From positions 1-36,894 of IMG/VR virus record IMGVR_UViG_3300021387_000082: a stretch of DNA of 36,894 nt, one strand, 5' to 3'. The notes beneath the pieces were generated by a model that ran no database searches, was not told the origin of the DNA, and saw only the letters and a program-made list of their open reading frames with translations. The position numbers and the translations under genes were made by a program. The stretch is from a virus. Below, in pieces: positions 7,841-15,228 of this stretch. Numbering within the stretch: position 1 is the first letter of the stretch; every line of letters begins with the position of its first letter.

Positions 7841-8193
7841 ACACTACCGAAGCCCTCGCCGTCCTCCGCAAATCGGCACAGACTCTCCCGATTGGGAGAA
7901 GAAACCAAGTCATCAATCGCTGCGACCGCATCTACCTCCTGCTGAACGGCAGGAGCGCGAAACAGGTGCAGTCCCAAGTCCTCGATCACTATTCCTCCAC
8001 CCGGAAGGTGGTGGCCGCTCTCATCGCCGGGCGAACCCTGTCCTACAAGGATGAATCCGAGTTCGATACCAGCGAGTTCCACACGCGAATCTGCGAAGCC
8101 CGGAGGATTATCGCAAAACAATATCCGCAGTACACCTTCCGCGCCGAGTGGGCCGCAGACGGCAGGTACAAACTCTATTGGCTGGAAGTATGA
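7837..8193 (+). CDS. Hypothetical protein (118 aa)
   Basis: ATGA overlaps at both ends. Confidence 0.6.
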   Translation: MNTTEALAVLRKSAQTLPIGRRNQVINRCDRIYLLLNGRSAKQVQSQVLDHYSSTRKVVAALIAGRTLSYKDESEFDTSEFHTRICEARRIIAKQYPQYTFRAEWAADGRYKLYWLEV

Positions 8194-8312
8194 ACCTCGT
8201 AGAAATTATCTTCGCCGTCCTCGCGGGGCTGGTGCTCCTTATCGGCGGAACTCTTGTAACCATCATCGTATTACTCGCCCTCGGGGCAAAAGACAATAAT
8301 TCAAATTCATAA
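8190..8312 (+). CDS. Small single-pass membrane protein (40 aa), missing from the ORF track
   Basis: ATGA overlap at the start. Sequence: MNLVEIIFAVLAGLVLLIGGTLVTIIVLLALGAKDNNSNS. Confidence 0.45.
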   Translation: MNLVEIIFAVLAGLVLLIGGTLVTIIVLLALGAKDNNSNS

Positions 8313-8317
8313 CAATT

Positions 8318-8587
8318 ATGGCAAACCTTTATCTTGACATCTGCCTCTCCGATATTCCGAAGGAGAGAATCAAAACCGCCGCAAACGGCAAGAAGTACCT
8401 CAAAGCAATCATCCGCCCCCGGAAGCAGACAGACCGGGACGGCTACGACCACTACATCGCTGCCTTCATCCCGAAGGAGGAAAGGACGGACGGCCCGTGC
8501 TTTATCGGCCGGGCGCAACTCAAAGAGTACGACCAGCAACCCGCCCAGCACCACACCGAGAAAGACGATAACGACCTCCCCTTCTGA
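8318..8587 (+). CDS. Small putative ssDNA-binding / SSB-interactome protein with an SSB-like acidic C-terminal tip
   Basis: It ends ...EKDDNDLPF, compared with the bacterial SSB tip DDDIPF. It sits in the recombination/replication operon. Confidence 0.45.
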   Translation: MANLYLDICLSDIPKERIKTAANGKKYLKAIIRPRKQTDRDGYDHYIAAFIPKEERTDGPCFIGRAQLKEYDQQPAQHHTEKDDNDLPF

Positions 8588-8590
8588 CAT

Positions 8591-8773
8591 ATGCCCGGAT
8601 ATAATAACCCTTCAATGATTGAGCTGGAGAACTCCGTCCTCCGTGATCGGTACGCCGCTCTGCTCAAAGCATCCAAGAAGATGGTCGCAACCATTGACCG
8701 ATACGTGGAACAGGGGTGCTTGCGCTCCGAACTACTGAACACCAAAAACGAACTCCAAAGTTTAACGAAATAA
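8591..8773 (+). CDS. Hypothetical protein (60 aa)
   Basis: Tightly packed ORF with a TAATG junction to the next gene. Confidence 0.5.
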   Translation: MPGYNNPSMIELENSVLRDRYAALLKASKKMVATIDRYVEQGCLRSELLNTKNELQSLTK

Positions 8774-9156
8774 TGGCATACAAATTCGTAGACTTTAATG
8801 ACCCCAGCATCCCGATTGGGAAACGGAAACAGGCGTATGTTCGCTACGCCGTTTCCCACGGGACACCGCTGGAGGTGGCAAAAATTCAATGCGGGCGCAA
8901 ATTCAAAGCACGCCCGACCGGGCAAGTTGCTCCCCCGATGCACTACTATATCGTGGAATGGGATGGCCGTCTACAACTCCGAAATTGCTCCGAGCGAATA
9001 ATGTCCGATGAAGAAGTTATTATGCTCCTACACAAACACGAATGGTACGCGCTGGAGGAATTGGCCCGACAGGATGGCAACCCGCTCAATACACGGGATG
9101 ATTTTTTGAAATGCTATAACCGCCACCGCGACAAATTAGCAAGTTTGAATATTTAG
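8773..9156 (+). CDS. Hypothetical protein (127 aa)
   Basis: ATG 8773 (MAYKFVDFNDP...) overlaps the upstream stop. The track's N-terminal extension from 8716 is unlikely. Confidence 0.6.
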   Translation: MAYKFVDFNDPSIPIGKRKQAYVRYAVSHGTPLEVAKIQCGRKFKARPTGQVAPPMHYYIVEWDGRLQLRNCSERIMSDEEVIMLLHKHEWYALEELARQDGNPLNTRDDFLKCYNRHRDKLASLNI

Positions 9157-9323
9157 TTAGTCCAAGCGGCGCGGTGTCAGATGCAGCACCCCGGCCCGTC
9201 CCCAACAATCGTTCTATGTGGTAAAATTGGGAGACTTCATTCGGCTGGCGCGAGGAGGTGGAGGTACGAAACCCTCCCGCCGCAAGGATTAACTACCAAG
9301 ATAAACTATCAAGATAAACAGAT

Positions 9324-9569
9324 ATGAACAAATCTATGAAGCCGAGCGGGCCGAAGCCCCTCACCCCGGAGGAAAAGAAAAACCAAATCCTCCGTTTCCT
9401 CTCCCAAAAGCGGGAGCAGTACGCAACCTCCATCCTGTTCGGGCTGGTACATAACCCGAACCTCGGAATGACCGCGGAACAGGCCGTAGAATGGTCTATG
9501 AAGGCCGCCGACCTGATGATGGAAAAACTATTCCCGATTGCCGAACAACCCGCTGAAAACGAAAAGTAG
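9324..9569 (+). CDS. Hypothetical protein (81 aa)
   Basis: First ORF after the 167-bp non-coding gap. Confidence 0.55.
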   Translation: MNKSMKPSGPKPLTPEEKKNQILRFLSQKREQYATSILFGLVHNPNLGMTAEQAVEWSMKAADLMMEKLFPIAEQPAENEK

Positions 9570-9577
9570 GAGGTATT

Positions 9578-9799
9578 ATGAAGCAGAAATTTACCAAGCA
9601 AAGGAAGGCCCGCCGCGGTCCGAACATCACGGCTTATTATCTGTATTCTCTCAGTGTGTTCTGGCGGCGCGTCCGCGGAATCTACGGGATGGACAACCGG
9701 GATTTCTCCGTCAAGCACCCGCGCCTTGAAGACGCAGTGCAGGGCTACTTGTCCAGAGTCAAGGCGCAACACCAAACTGCAGCAAGGAGTAACCCGTAG
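9578..9799 (+). CDS. Hypothetical basic protein (73 aa)
   Basis: AGGAGG (9568-9573) lies 4 nt upstream of the ATG. The ORF fills an otherwise empty gap. Confidence 0.5.
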   Translation: MKQKFTKQRKARRGPNITAYYLYSLSVFWRRVRGIYGMDNRDFSVKHPRLEDAVQGYLSRVKAQHQTAARSNP

Positions 9800-9802
9800 A
9801 AG

Positions 9803-10264
9803 ATGCCCTACTACATCAAGCGCAAACCGAAGACCCCGAAGTCGGGTATCAAGGAACGGAAACCCAGCACCGCCGCCCTTGTGCGGAAATTGGATAAGGT
9901 TTTCTCCCTTTTTATCCGGCTTCGGGATTCGGCTGCGTACAACTACCAGTACTTCCGTTGTATCTCCTGCGGGCAAATCAAACCCTTTGAGCAAATGGAC
10001 TGCGGGCACTTCATTTCCCGGACGCACCAAGCCACCAGGTTCGATGAGGAAAACGCACACGGGGAGTGCAGGTTTTGCAACCGCTTTTCCGCTGACCACA
10101 TTATCGCCTACCAGCGCAACCTCGAAGCCAAAATCGGGAAAGACCGCGTGGATATGCTATTAGCAAGGGGACGGATGACAAAGAAGTGGAGCGCGTTTGA
10201 ACTGCAACTCCTTATCAAGCACTACCAGCAGGAAGTTGACAAGATGCAGGGAAAGTCTATTTAA
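9803..10264 (+). CDS. ninG: NinG/Rap-like recombination endonuclease
   Basis: FRCISCGQIKPFEQMDCGHFISRTHQATRFDEENAHGECRFCNRF matches the lambda NinG Cys/His pattern. The N-terminus is basic. Confidence 0.7.
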   Translation: MPYYIKRKPKTPKSGIKERKPSTAALVRKLDKVFSLFIRLRDSAAYNYQYFRCISCGQIKPFEQMDCGHFISRTHQATRFDEENAHGECRFCNRFSADHIIAYQRNLEAKIGKDRVDMLLARGRMTKKWSAFELQLLIKHYQQEVDKMQGKSI

Positions 10265-10575
10265 TGACGATGACGAAGATTGAGATAGGCGCGGCACTCG
10301 CTCGGGACAGGGTGGTGGAGCAGATGGTCTGCAACATCGCCCATACCCGCCTATCCCAGAACCTCAAAGACCTCTGCCAAATGGTCTACCTTATCCTACT
10401 GGAATACGATGAGGACAAAATCATAGACCTTTGGGAATCGGGCCAAATCCGCTTCTTCTTGGCACGGGTTATCGTCAATCAGTTGCGATCCCCGCGCTCT
10501 CCCTACCACGCCGTCATCCGGCGATTCTCATCCCGGACAGACGACATAACGGACAAAGACTTCGCCGATGAATGA
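10264..10575 (+). CDS. Sigma-70/ECF-like factor, region-2 half
   Basis: DLCQMVYLILLEYDEDKIIDLWESGQIRFFLARVIVNQLRSPRSPYH resembles sigma region 2.1-2.4. Confidence 0.5.
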   Translation: MTMTKIEIGAALARDRVVEQMVCNIAHTRLSQNLKDLCQMVYLILLEYDEDKIIDLWESGQIRFFLARVIVNQLRSPRSPYHAVIRRFSSRTDDITDKDFADE

Positions 10576-10864
10576 TGTACTACGGGACTACAAGGAAATC
10601 CGCAAGGACTTCGAGATAGACGATTCTATCTTCAACGCCGAGCCGGACAAGGTACGCCGGATAAAGGAAATCGTGCTGAATCGGCTTGACCAAGTGGAGC
10701 GCACCCTTATTCTCCTGTACGCCGACTGCGGAAGCCTGCGGGATTTGGGGAAAAGATTGGGGATGTCCTACGGGAGTGTCAAGCGGGTACTTGACCCAAT
10801 CAAGGAGAAGATACTTACTGAATACTACGAAATGACTGCAAAGGAAATCAAGGAACGATTATGA
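10568..10864 (+). CDS. Sigma-70/ECF-like factor, region-4 (HTH) half
   Basis: LDQVERTLILLYADCGSLRDLGKRLGMSYGSVKRVLDPIKEKI resembles the sigma region 4 HTH. It starts in the ATGAATGA overlap with the region-2 ORF, in the +1 frame. Confidence 0.5.
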   Translation: MNDVLRDYKEIRKDFEIDDSIFNAEPDKVRRIKEIVLNRLDQVERTLILLYADCGSLRDLGKRLGMSYGSVKRVLDPIKEKILTEYYEMTAKEIKERL

Positions 10865-11148
10865 GACCATTTGAAGTTGAACATATCCGCGAGTTCGGGG
10901 ATGGGTGTTGCCTTCTCCGCGCCGTAAAAATAAAGCCCGGATTCACGACCGGAGACCTAATTGATTATGTACTGACCCGCCGGGACGATGTCGGCTATAT
11001 CCATCGAGCCGGGGATAACCACCCAGCCGAAAGAGTGGAATACTCACGGGGGAGGCTGCTGAACGCATTTATTATTCCGAACAAGCCGATAAAGAGTCTT
11101 GAAATTTACGGAGGCTACCATCGCTGGGATTATATCTACGAAGTATGA
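10861..11148 (+). CDS. Hypothetical protein (95 aa)
   Basis: ATGA overlaps at both ends. Confidence 0.6.
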   Translation: MRPFEVEHIREFGDGCCLLRAVKIKPGFTTGDLIDYVLTRRDDVGYIHRAGDNHPAERVEYSRGRLLNAFIIPNKPIKSLEIYGGYHRWDYIYEV

Positions 11149-11324
11149 CCATAGAACAGACAATCGCAGAGCAGGCCTTGCGGGCCTTTATGGAAAAGGT
11201 GGAGACCCTGCCGCCCCCACCGCCCGGCTACTACTATGCCCCGGGCGACGATTTTAATGTTCGCCACGAAGGGGAGAAATACTATGTTGACGGAATGATA
11301 GTTCTTAAACCGATAATCGAATGA
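11145..11324 (+). CDS. Hypothetical protein (59 aa), missing from the ORF track
   Basis: ATGA overlaps at both ends. Sequence: MTIEQTIAEQALRAFMEKVETLPPPPPGYYYAPGDDFNVRHEGEKYYVDGMIVLKPIIE. Confidence 0.55.
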   Translation: MTIEQTIAEQALRAFMEKVETLPPPPPGYYYAPGDDFNVRHEGEKYYVDGMIVLKPIIE

Positions 11325-11641
11325 CCATCTACGCACAACTCCCTATCGTGGCCGCGATTGTCGTTTATATCGTGGATGTATCCGGCTTCACGCAGTCGTG
11401 GAGGGATGCCCTCGCCCGGAAACTTAAAGTCCGGGAACTGCGCCCGCTGAAACCCTTTGACTGCGGACAATGTATGACGTGGTGGGCGTGTTTAATCTAC
11501 TCTATTTGTGTGGATTTCTCGCTGCTCGCCGTTGCTGAATCCGCTGCGCTCTCGTTGCTCTCCGTAACAATCGCCGCCGCGCTGCTATTTATTCGTGAAG
11601 GCTCGTTGTGGATTTTTGACAAACTCACGCCCAAATGGTAG
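11321..11641 (+). CDS. Multi-pass membrane protein (106 aa)
   Basis: Hydrophobic segments IVAAIVVYIVDV, WWACLIYSICVDFSLLAV and ALSLLSVTIAAALLFI. Confidence 0.6.
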   Translation: MTIYAQLPIVAAIVVYIVDVSGFTQSWRDALARKLKVRELRPLKPFDCGQCMTWWACLIYSICVDFSLLAVAESAALSLLSVTIAAALLFIREGSLWIFDKLTPKW

Positions 11642-11889
11642 ACTATATCTCCGTTATCGTTGAGAACCTGACCGGGTTCGACCCGCTCAAAGACACGCGC
11701 AAGCGGGGGAACGTGGAAGCCCGGGCCTTATTGGCCAACGCCCTGCTGACGATGGGAATGACCGAAACGGAGACCGGGGACTTGCTGGGGAAGAACCACT
11801 CCACCATCCACCACTACCGGGACTTGCTCAAAGACCTCCCCGGCCTTCAAAAGACTTGGGAACGACTGAAAAAGATACTTGATATATGA
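11635..11889 (+). CDS. DnaA-domain-IV-like HTH DNA-binding protein
   Basis: KRGNVEARALLANALLTMGMTETETGDLLGKNHSTIHHY resembles the DnaA C-terminal HTH. Confidence 0.45.
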   Translation: MVDYISVIVENLTGFDPLKDTRKRGNVEARALLANALLTMGMTETETGDLLGKNHSTIHHYRDLLKDLPGLQKTWERLKKILDI

Positions 11890-12203
11890 CTGACCGCGAT
11901 TTCAACTACCTCCAGCAGTACGAAGATAACCTCCGTACCGCCGTCCGCTCCGGCTGGGCACGCAACCCCGGACGAAGCGCCCTGCAAGGCATCTACGACA
12001 TCGTACACGAAACAGAGCAGCTGCCCCGGTTCAACCCCGGCTGCGCGTCCTGTGTCCTCTCCATCTTGCAGAAGGCCGGGCGGCTGTACTTCATAGAGAA
12101 GGCCGATCGCGAAAATAAGGCCCTAAACGCGCCATTAAAGCCCGCGCCGGATAATTCCCCCAAGAAACCCGGAAGGGCCGGGAAATCGAAAAGTAAAGCA
12201 TAA
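11886..12203 (+). CDS. Hypothetical protein with a basic C-terminus (105 aa)
   Basis: ATGA overlap at the start. Confidence 0.6.
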   Translation: MTDRDFNYLQQYEDNLRTAVRSGWARNPGRSALQGIYDIVHETEQLPRFNPGCASCVLSILQKAGRLYFIEKADRENKALNAPLKPAPDNSPKKPGRAGKSKSKA

Positions 12204-12215
12204 ATATCAAACGAT

Positions 12216-12794
12216 ATGAAGAAATCCAAAATACAGGAAATCGACCTTTCCCGTATCCAAATGAATGAGGGGCAAATTGATTGGCTCCCCCGGAATCCCC
12301 GACAGGCCACCAAAGAGGACATCGAAAAGACAGTCAAGTCTATCCAAGAGGATGAGGACTTCCTGGAGGATAGGCCAGTCCTTCTCACGCCGTCCGACAC
12401 CGCGCTGGTGTCCTTCGGCGGCAATCTTCGCAGCATCGCCGCACGAAAGGCCGGGAAGAAAACCATCCCCGGAGTTATCTATATCCCGGAGAACGATGCC
12501 GACCGGGAAACAATCAAGCGCCGCGCCCTCAAAGATAACGGGCAATTCGGAAGCTGGGACTATGACATCCTCGCCAACGAGTGGGAAGGCCCGCTCCAAG
12601 ATTGGGGCGTACCCGCGTGGGCCGCACCGAGTTTCGCCCCGAACCTCAATCCGGTGGATGGCGTTGACCCCGTGACGGATGAGGACATCGCCGAAGCGGA
12701 AGGCAAACTATCCGAGGAAGTGACCCCATCCGAAAAACAACTCATCGAAATTGTCTGCCCGCATTGCGGCAAAGTATTCGAGTTCCGTATATGA
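12216..12794 (+). CDS. ParB N-terminal (ParB/Srx-fold) domain protein with a C-terminal zinc ribbon
   Basis: IQMNEGQIDWLPRNPR...ALVSFGGNLRSIAARKAGKKTIPGVIYIP is ParB-box-like. The C-terminus contains CPHCGKVFEF. Confidence 0.65.
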   Translation: MKKSKIQEIDLSRIQMNEGQIDWLPRNPRQATKEDIEKTVKSIQEDEDFLEDRPVLLTPSDTALVSFGGNLRSIAARKAGKKTIPGVIYIPENDADRETIKRRALKDNGQFGSWDYDILANEWEGPLQDWGVPAWAAPSFAPNLNPVDGVDPVTDEDIAEAEGKLSEEVTPSEKQLIEIVCPHCGKVFEFRI

Positions 12795-13003
12795 GCAACT
12801 TCGACCAATTCCTGCTCCGCGCCAAGTGGAACTGGGCCAAGACCTACGAAAAGAAAGCACCACACTGGTATGTAGTCCGCGCCGAGTTCGCAGACGATGA
12901 ACTATTCAACCGCGTGGTCGAAGAAATTAGGCAGAAAGCCGTCCCGGAAAAGTTCTTTTCCAAGACTTTCCACTACTTCTATCACGGCGGCTATAAGTAC
13001 TGA
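12791..13003 (+). CDS. Hypothetical protein (70 aa). An in-frame TGA is followed by 17 more open codons reaching 13057.
   Basis: ATGA overlap at the start. After TGA 13001-13003 the same frame reads TMGNPIEQTTIINRAKV and ends in a TAATG overlap with the next gene. Confidence 0.55.
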   Translation: MSNFDQFLLRAKWNWAKTYEKKAPHWYVVRAEFADDELFNRVVEEIRQKAVPEKFFSKTFHYFYHGGYKY

Positions 13004-13056
13004 ACGATGGGAAACCCGATTGAACAAACCACCATTATAAACCGCGCAAAGGTCTA

Positions 13057-14268
13057 ATGGAATACTACTACAATGAGGATGTATTGAGCGCGGCCCGGCG
13101 GCGGGTCGCGTGGGTCTTTGATAACTTCCCGCATATCGTGGTAGGTTTCTCCGGGGGCAAGGATTCGACATGTGTCCTGCACCTCGCACTCGAAGAAGCC
13201 GAGAAACGCAACCGCCTTCCCCTCGAAGTGTTCTTCATTGACCAAGAGGGCGAATGGGACTGCACCATTGATTATGTCCGGCAAGTGATGTACGACCCCC
13301 GCGTGAAACCAGCGTGGTTGCAAGTCCCGATGGTGCTTTTCAACGCCACCGCCACCAACGGATACGACCAATGGCTGCATTGCTGGTATCCCGGCGAAGA
13401 CTGGCTCCGTGAGAAAGACCCAATCTCCATCAAAGAAAATACTTTCGGCACAGAACGATTCCACGAATTGTTCACCGCGTGGCTGGATAAGACCTACCCC
13501 GATACACCCGTTGCGTATCTCTCCGGGGTGCGCTGCGAGGAATCCCCGAAACGGAAGATAAATATAACAGGAGGCAAGAAGGGCAATCCGTTCTATAAGT
13601 GGGTTTTTTGGGGGCGGGGTACAAACGAGGCGATGCACCATTATACTTTCTACCCGATTTACGATTGGGGCTTCGCCGATGTTTGGAAGGCTATCCACGA
13701 CCACAACTGGCCGTACTGCAAACTCTATGACTACCAATATATGCACGGGGTCAAAGTGCGTGATATGCGCGTGTCGAATGTACACCACGAAACCGCCATA
13801 CAAAATCTTTGGTATATGCAAGAAGTTGAGCCGGACTTATGGAATCGCTTAACCGCCCGGCTGGACGGCATAAATACTTCCGCAGTCTTGAATAAGGAAC
13901 TATTCGAGATTAAGGAACTGCCGTATATGTTCAAGGACTGGGAAGAATACCGGGACTATCTGCTTGACCACCTCATCGAAGAAGAAGAACGGCGCAAGGC
14001 TTTCGTTGACCTTTGGGCCGTGCATTTCCACGGCTTCAGAAGTTCTTGGGAGCGGTGCAAGGTGTGCAACTATTGGCGTGAGGAATTTATGAAGGTCTGC
14101 GTGAAGTGCCTGCTCAAAAACGATTTTGAGGGGACTACCATCGTGAACTTCTTTATGAACTCAGCGACTACCGACTTGAACACTTACATAAAGACTGGCG
14201 CAGTAAAGAAAGGGTACAAGCCGGAAAAGTACACACTCGCATATATGAAACAAATCGGCGTAAAATGA
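13057..14268 (+). CDS. PP-loop ATP pyrophosphatase of the PAPS-reductase family (IbrA/DndC-like)
   Basis: VVGFSGGKDSTCVLHLALEEAEKRNRLPLEVFFIDQEGEW carries the SGGxDS PP-loop and a PAPS_reduct-like core. It has a long C-terminal extension. Confidence 0.75.
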   Translation: MEYYYNEDVLSAARRRVAWVFDNFPHIVVGFSGGKDSTCVLHLALEEAEKRNRLPLEVFFIDQEGEWDCTIDYVRQVMYDPRVKPAWLQVPMVLFNATATNGYDQWLHCWYPGEDWLREKDPISIKENTFGTERFHELFTAWLDKTYPDTPVAYLSGVRCEESPKRKINITGGKKGNPFYKWVFWGRGTNEAMHHYTFYPIYDWGFADVWKAIHDHNWPYCKLYDYQYMHGVKVRDMRVSNVHHETAIQNLWYMQEVEPDLWNRLTARLDGINTSAVLNKELFEIKELPYMFKDWEEYRDYLLDHLIEEEERRKAFVDLWAVHFHGFRSSWERCKVCNYWREEFMKVCVKCLLKNDFEGTTIVNFFMNSATTDLNTYIKTGAVKKGYKPEKYTLAYMKQIGVK

Positions 14269-15011
14269 CAAAGACTTTCATAATCGTTTCCGTGTCAGAC
14301 AGGGTGCAGGAGTTGAATAACTTGGTGGATTCAATCATCGCCAATGGCTTCGATGACTACCACATCGCCCTGTATCTTCAAGACCCGGAAGGCCGGGCCG
14401 GGGAGATACGCAACCGGGGCAGATACTCGGACATCTTTGTTGTGCCGGAAAAGGAGGGATGCCACGCCGCCCGCGTTCATCTTCTTCGCAAGGTGCGCTC
14501 GGACATCTATATCAATCTTGATGACGATATGCTACTCACTCCGTACACGCGGTATGACCGGGCTATCGTCAAGGCCCTTGAACGCGGGACGGGATTCGTA
14601 CTGACTAACTGGGCGCGGACGCAGAAACTTATGATGGCAAAAGTCCCGAAGATGCGGGAAAAGTTTATCCCGCAGATTATGTGCTATCAAGGTGGCGGTA
14701 TGGTCTACGCGGATAAGATAGCCGAACTTATGCGGGGCCTCCCGGCAGACGGATTCCGATACGATGACCTTTGGAGCCTCACCGCATACATTAACGGCTA
14801 CACGAATTATGCGTACAAAGGGTCTCTGGCGATTCACATGGTCTGCACCAAAGGAGGTATGCGGAGTTGGATGGCCGATACCAACCCGCCCTATGCTTGC
14901 GCTCGTTTCATAAACTACCGAAAACTCAAAGACGGTGTTTATGCCATAGGGATGGATTCCGATGTAAACGACTACGCGAGGGAACTACACAAACGCAATG
15001 CAAGGGGCTGA
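14265..15011 (+). CDS. Putative GT-A fold glycosyltransferase
   Basis: FIIVSVSDRVQELNNLVDSIIANGFDDYHIALYLQD is a GT2-like beta-alpha-beta start. INLDDDMLL is a DxD motif. No TM segment is present. ATGA overlap with the PP-loop gene. Confidence 0.5.
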   Translation: MTKTFIIVSVSDRVQELNNLVDSIIANGFDDYHIALYLQDPEGRAGEIRNRGRYSDIFVVPEKEGCHAARVHLLRKVRSDIYINLDDDMLLTPYTRYDRAIVKALERGTGFVLTNWARTQKLMMAKVPKMREKFIPQIMCYQGGGMVYADKIAELMRGLPADGFRYDDLWSLTAYINGYTNYAYKGSLAIHMVCTKGGMRSWMADTNPPYACARFINYRKLKDGVYAIGMDSDVNDYARELHKRNARG

Positions 15012-15200
15012 AAACCAGCGATTTGCCGCAGGAATGGAAATTTAATTTTAGGCCGTTTTAGGGGGCATAAAGGAGCGAAACGATACGGAATACCAAAAAT
15101 GATTTCGCGCTCGCTGGCACCGCATTTTTTTTCGGGGACGAAAAAGCCACGGCAGACCACGGAGCAGTAGCGATTTCTGAATTATTAAGATTATTTTTTA

Positions 15201-15228
15201 TCTCATTTTGATATGTAACATATTGATT
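15201..15228 (+). promoter_or_regulatory. Possible promoter/operator in front of the IbrB-like gene
   Basis: AT-rich region. TCATTTTG (15203-15210) is a near TAnnTTTG match. A 13-bp palindrome ATATGT-A-ACATAT lies at 15211-15223. Confidence 0.35.

Noticed and set aside
9160-9285. Possible tRNA: a GGAGG-TACGAAAC-CCTCC T-arm-like hairpin followed by an acceptor-like CGCCGC that pairs with GCGGCG upstream.
   Set aside because: The paired ends are about 115 nt apart. The loop is 8 nt and lacks the TTCGA(A/T) signature. I could not fold a D-arm or anticodon arm. It is kept only as an unexplained structured gap.
9568-9573. Strong Shine-Dalgarno-like AGGAGG upstream of ATG 9578, as a clue to a non-Bacteroidota host.
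   Set aside because: It is the only clear SD-like site I saw. Promoter architecture and other starts argue for a Bacteroidota-type host. A single occurrence is compatible with chance.
9293-10099. 268-aa minus-strand ORF covering the middle-gene block.
   Set aside because: It is antisense to four tightly coupled + strand genes including the NinG-like gene, has junk-like composition, and starts inside an intergenic repeat.
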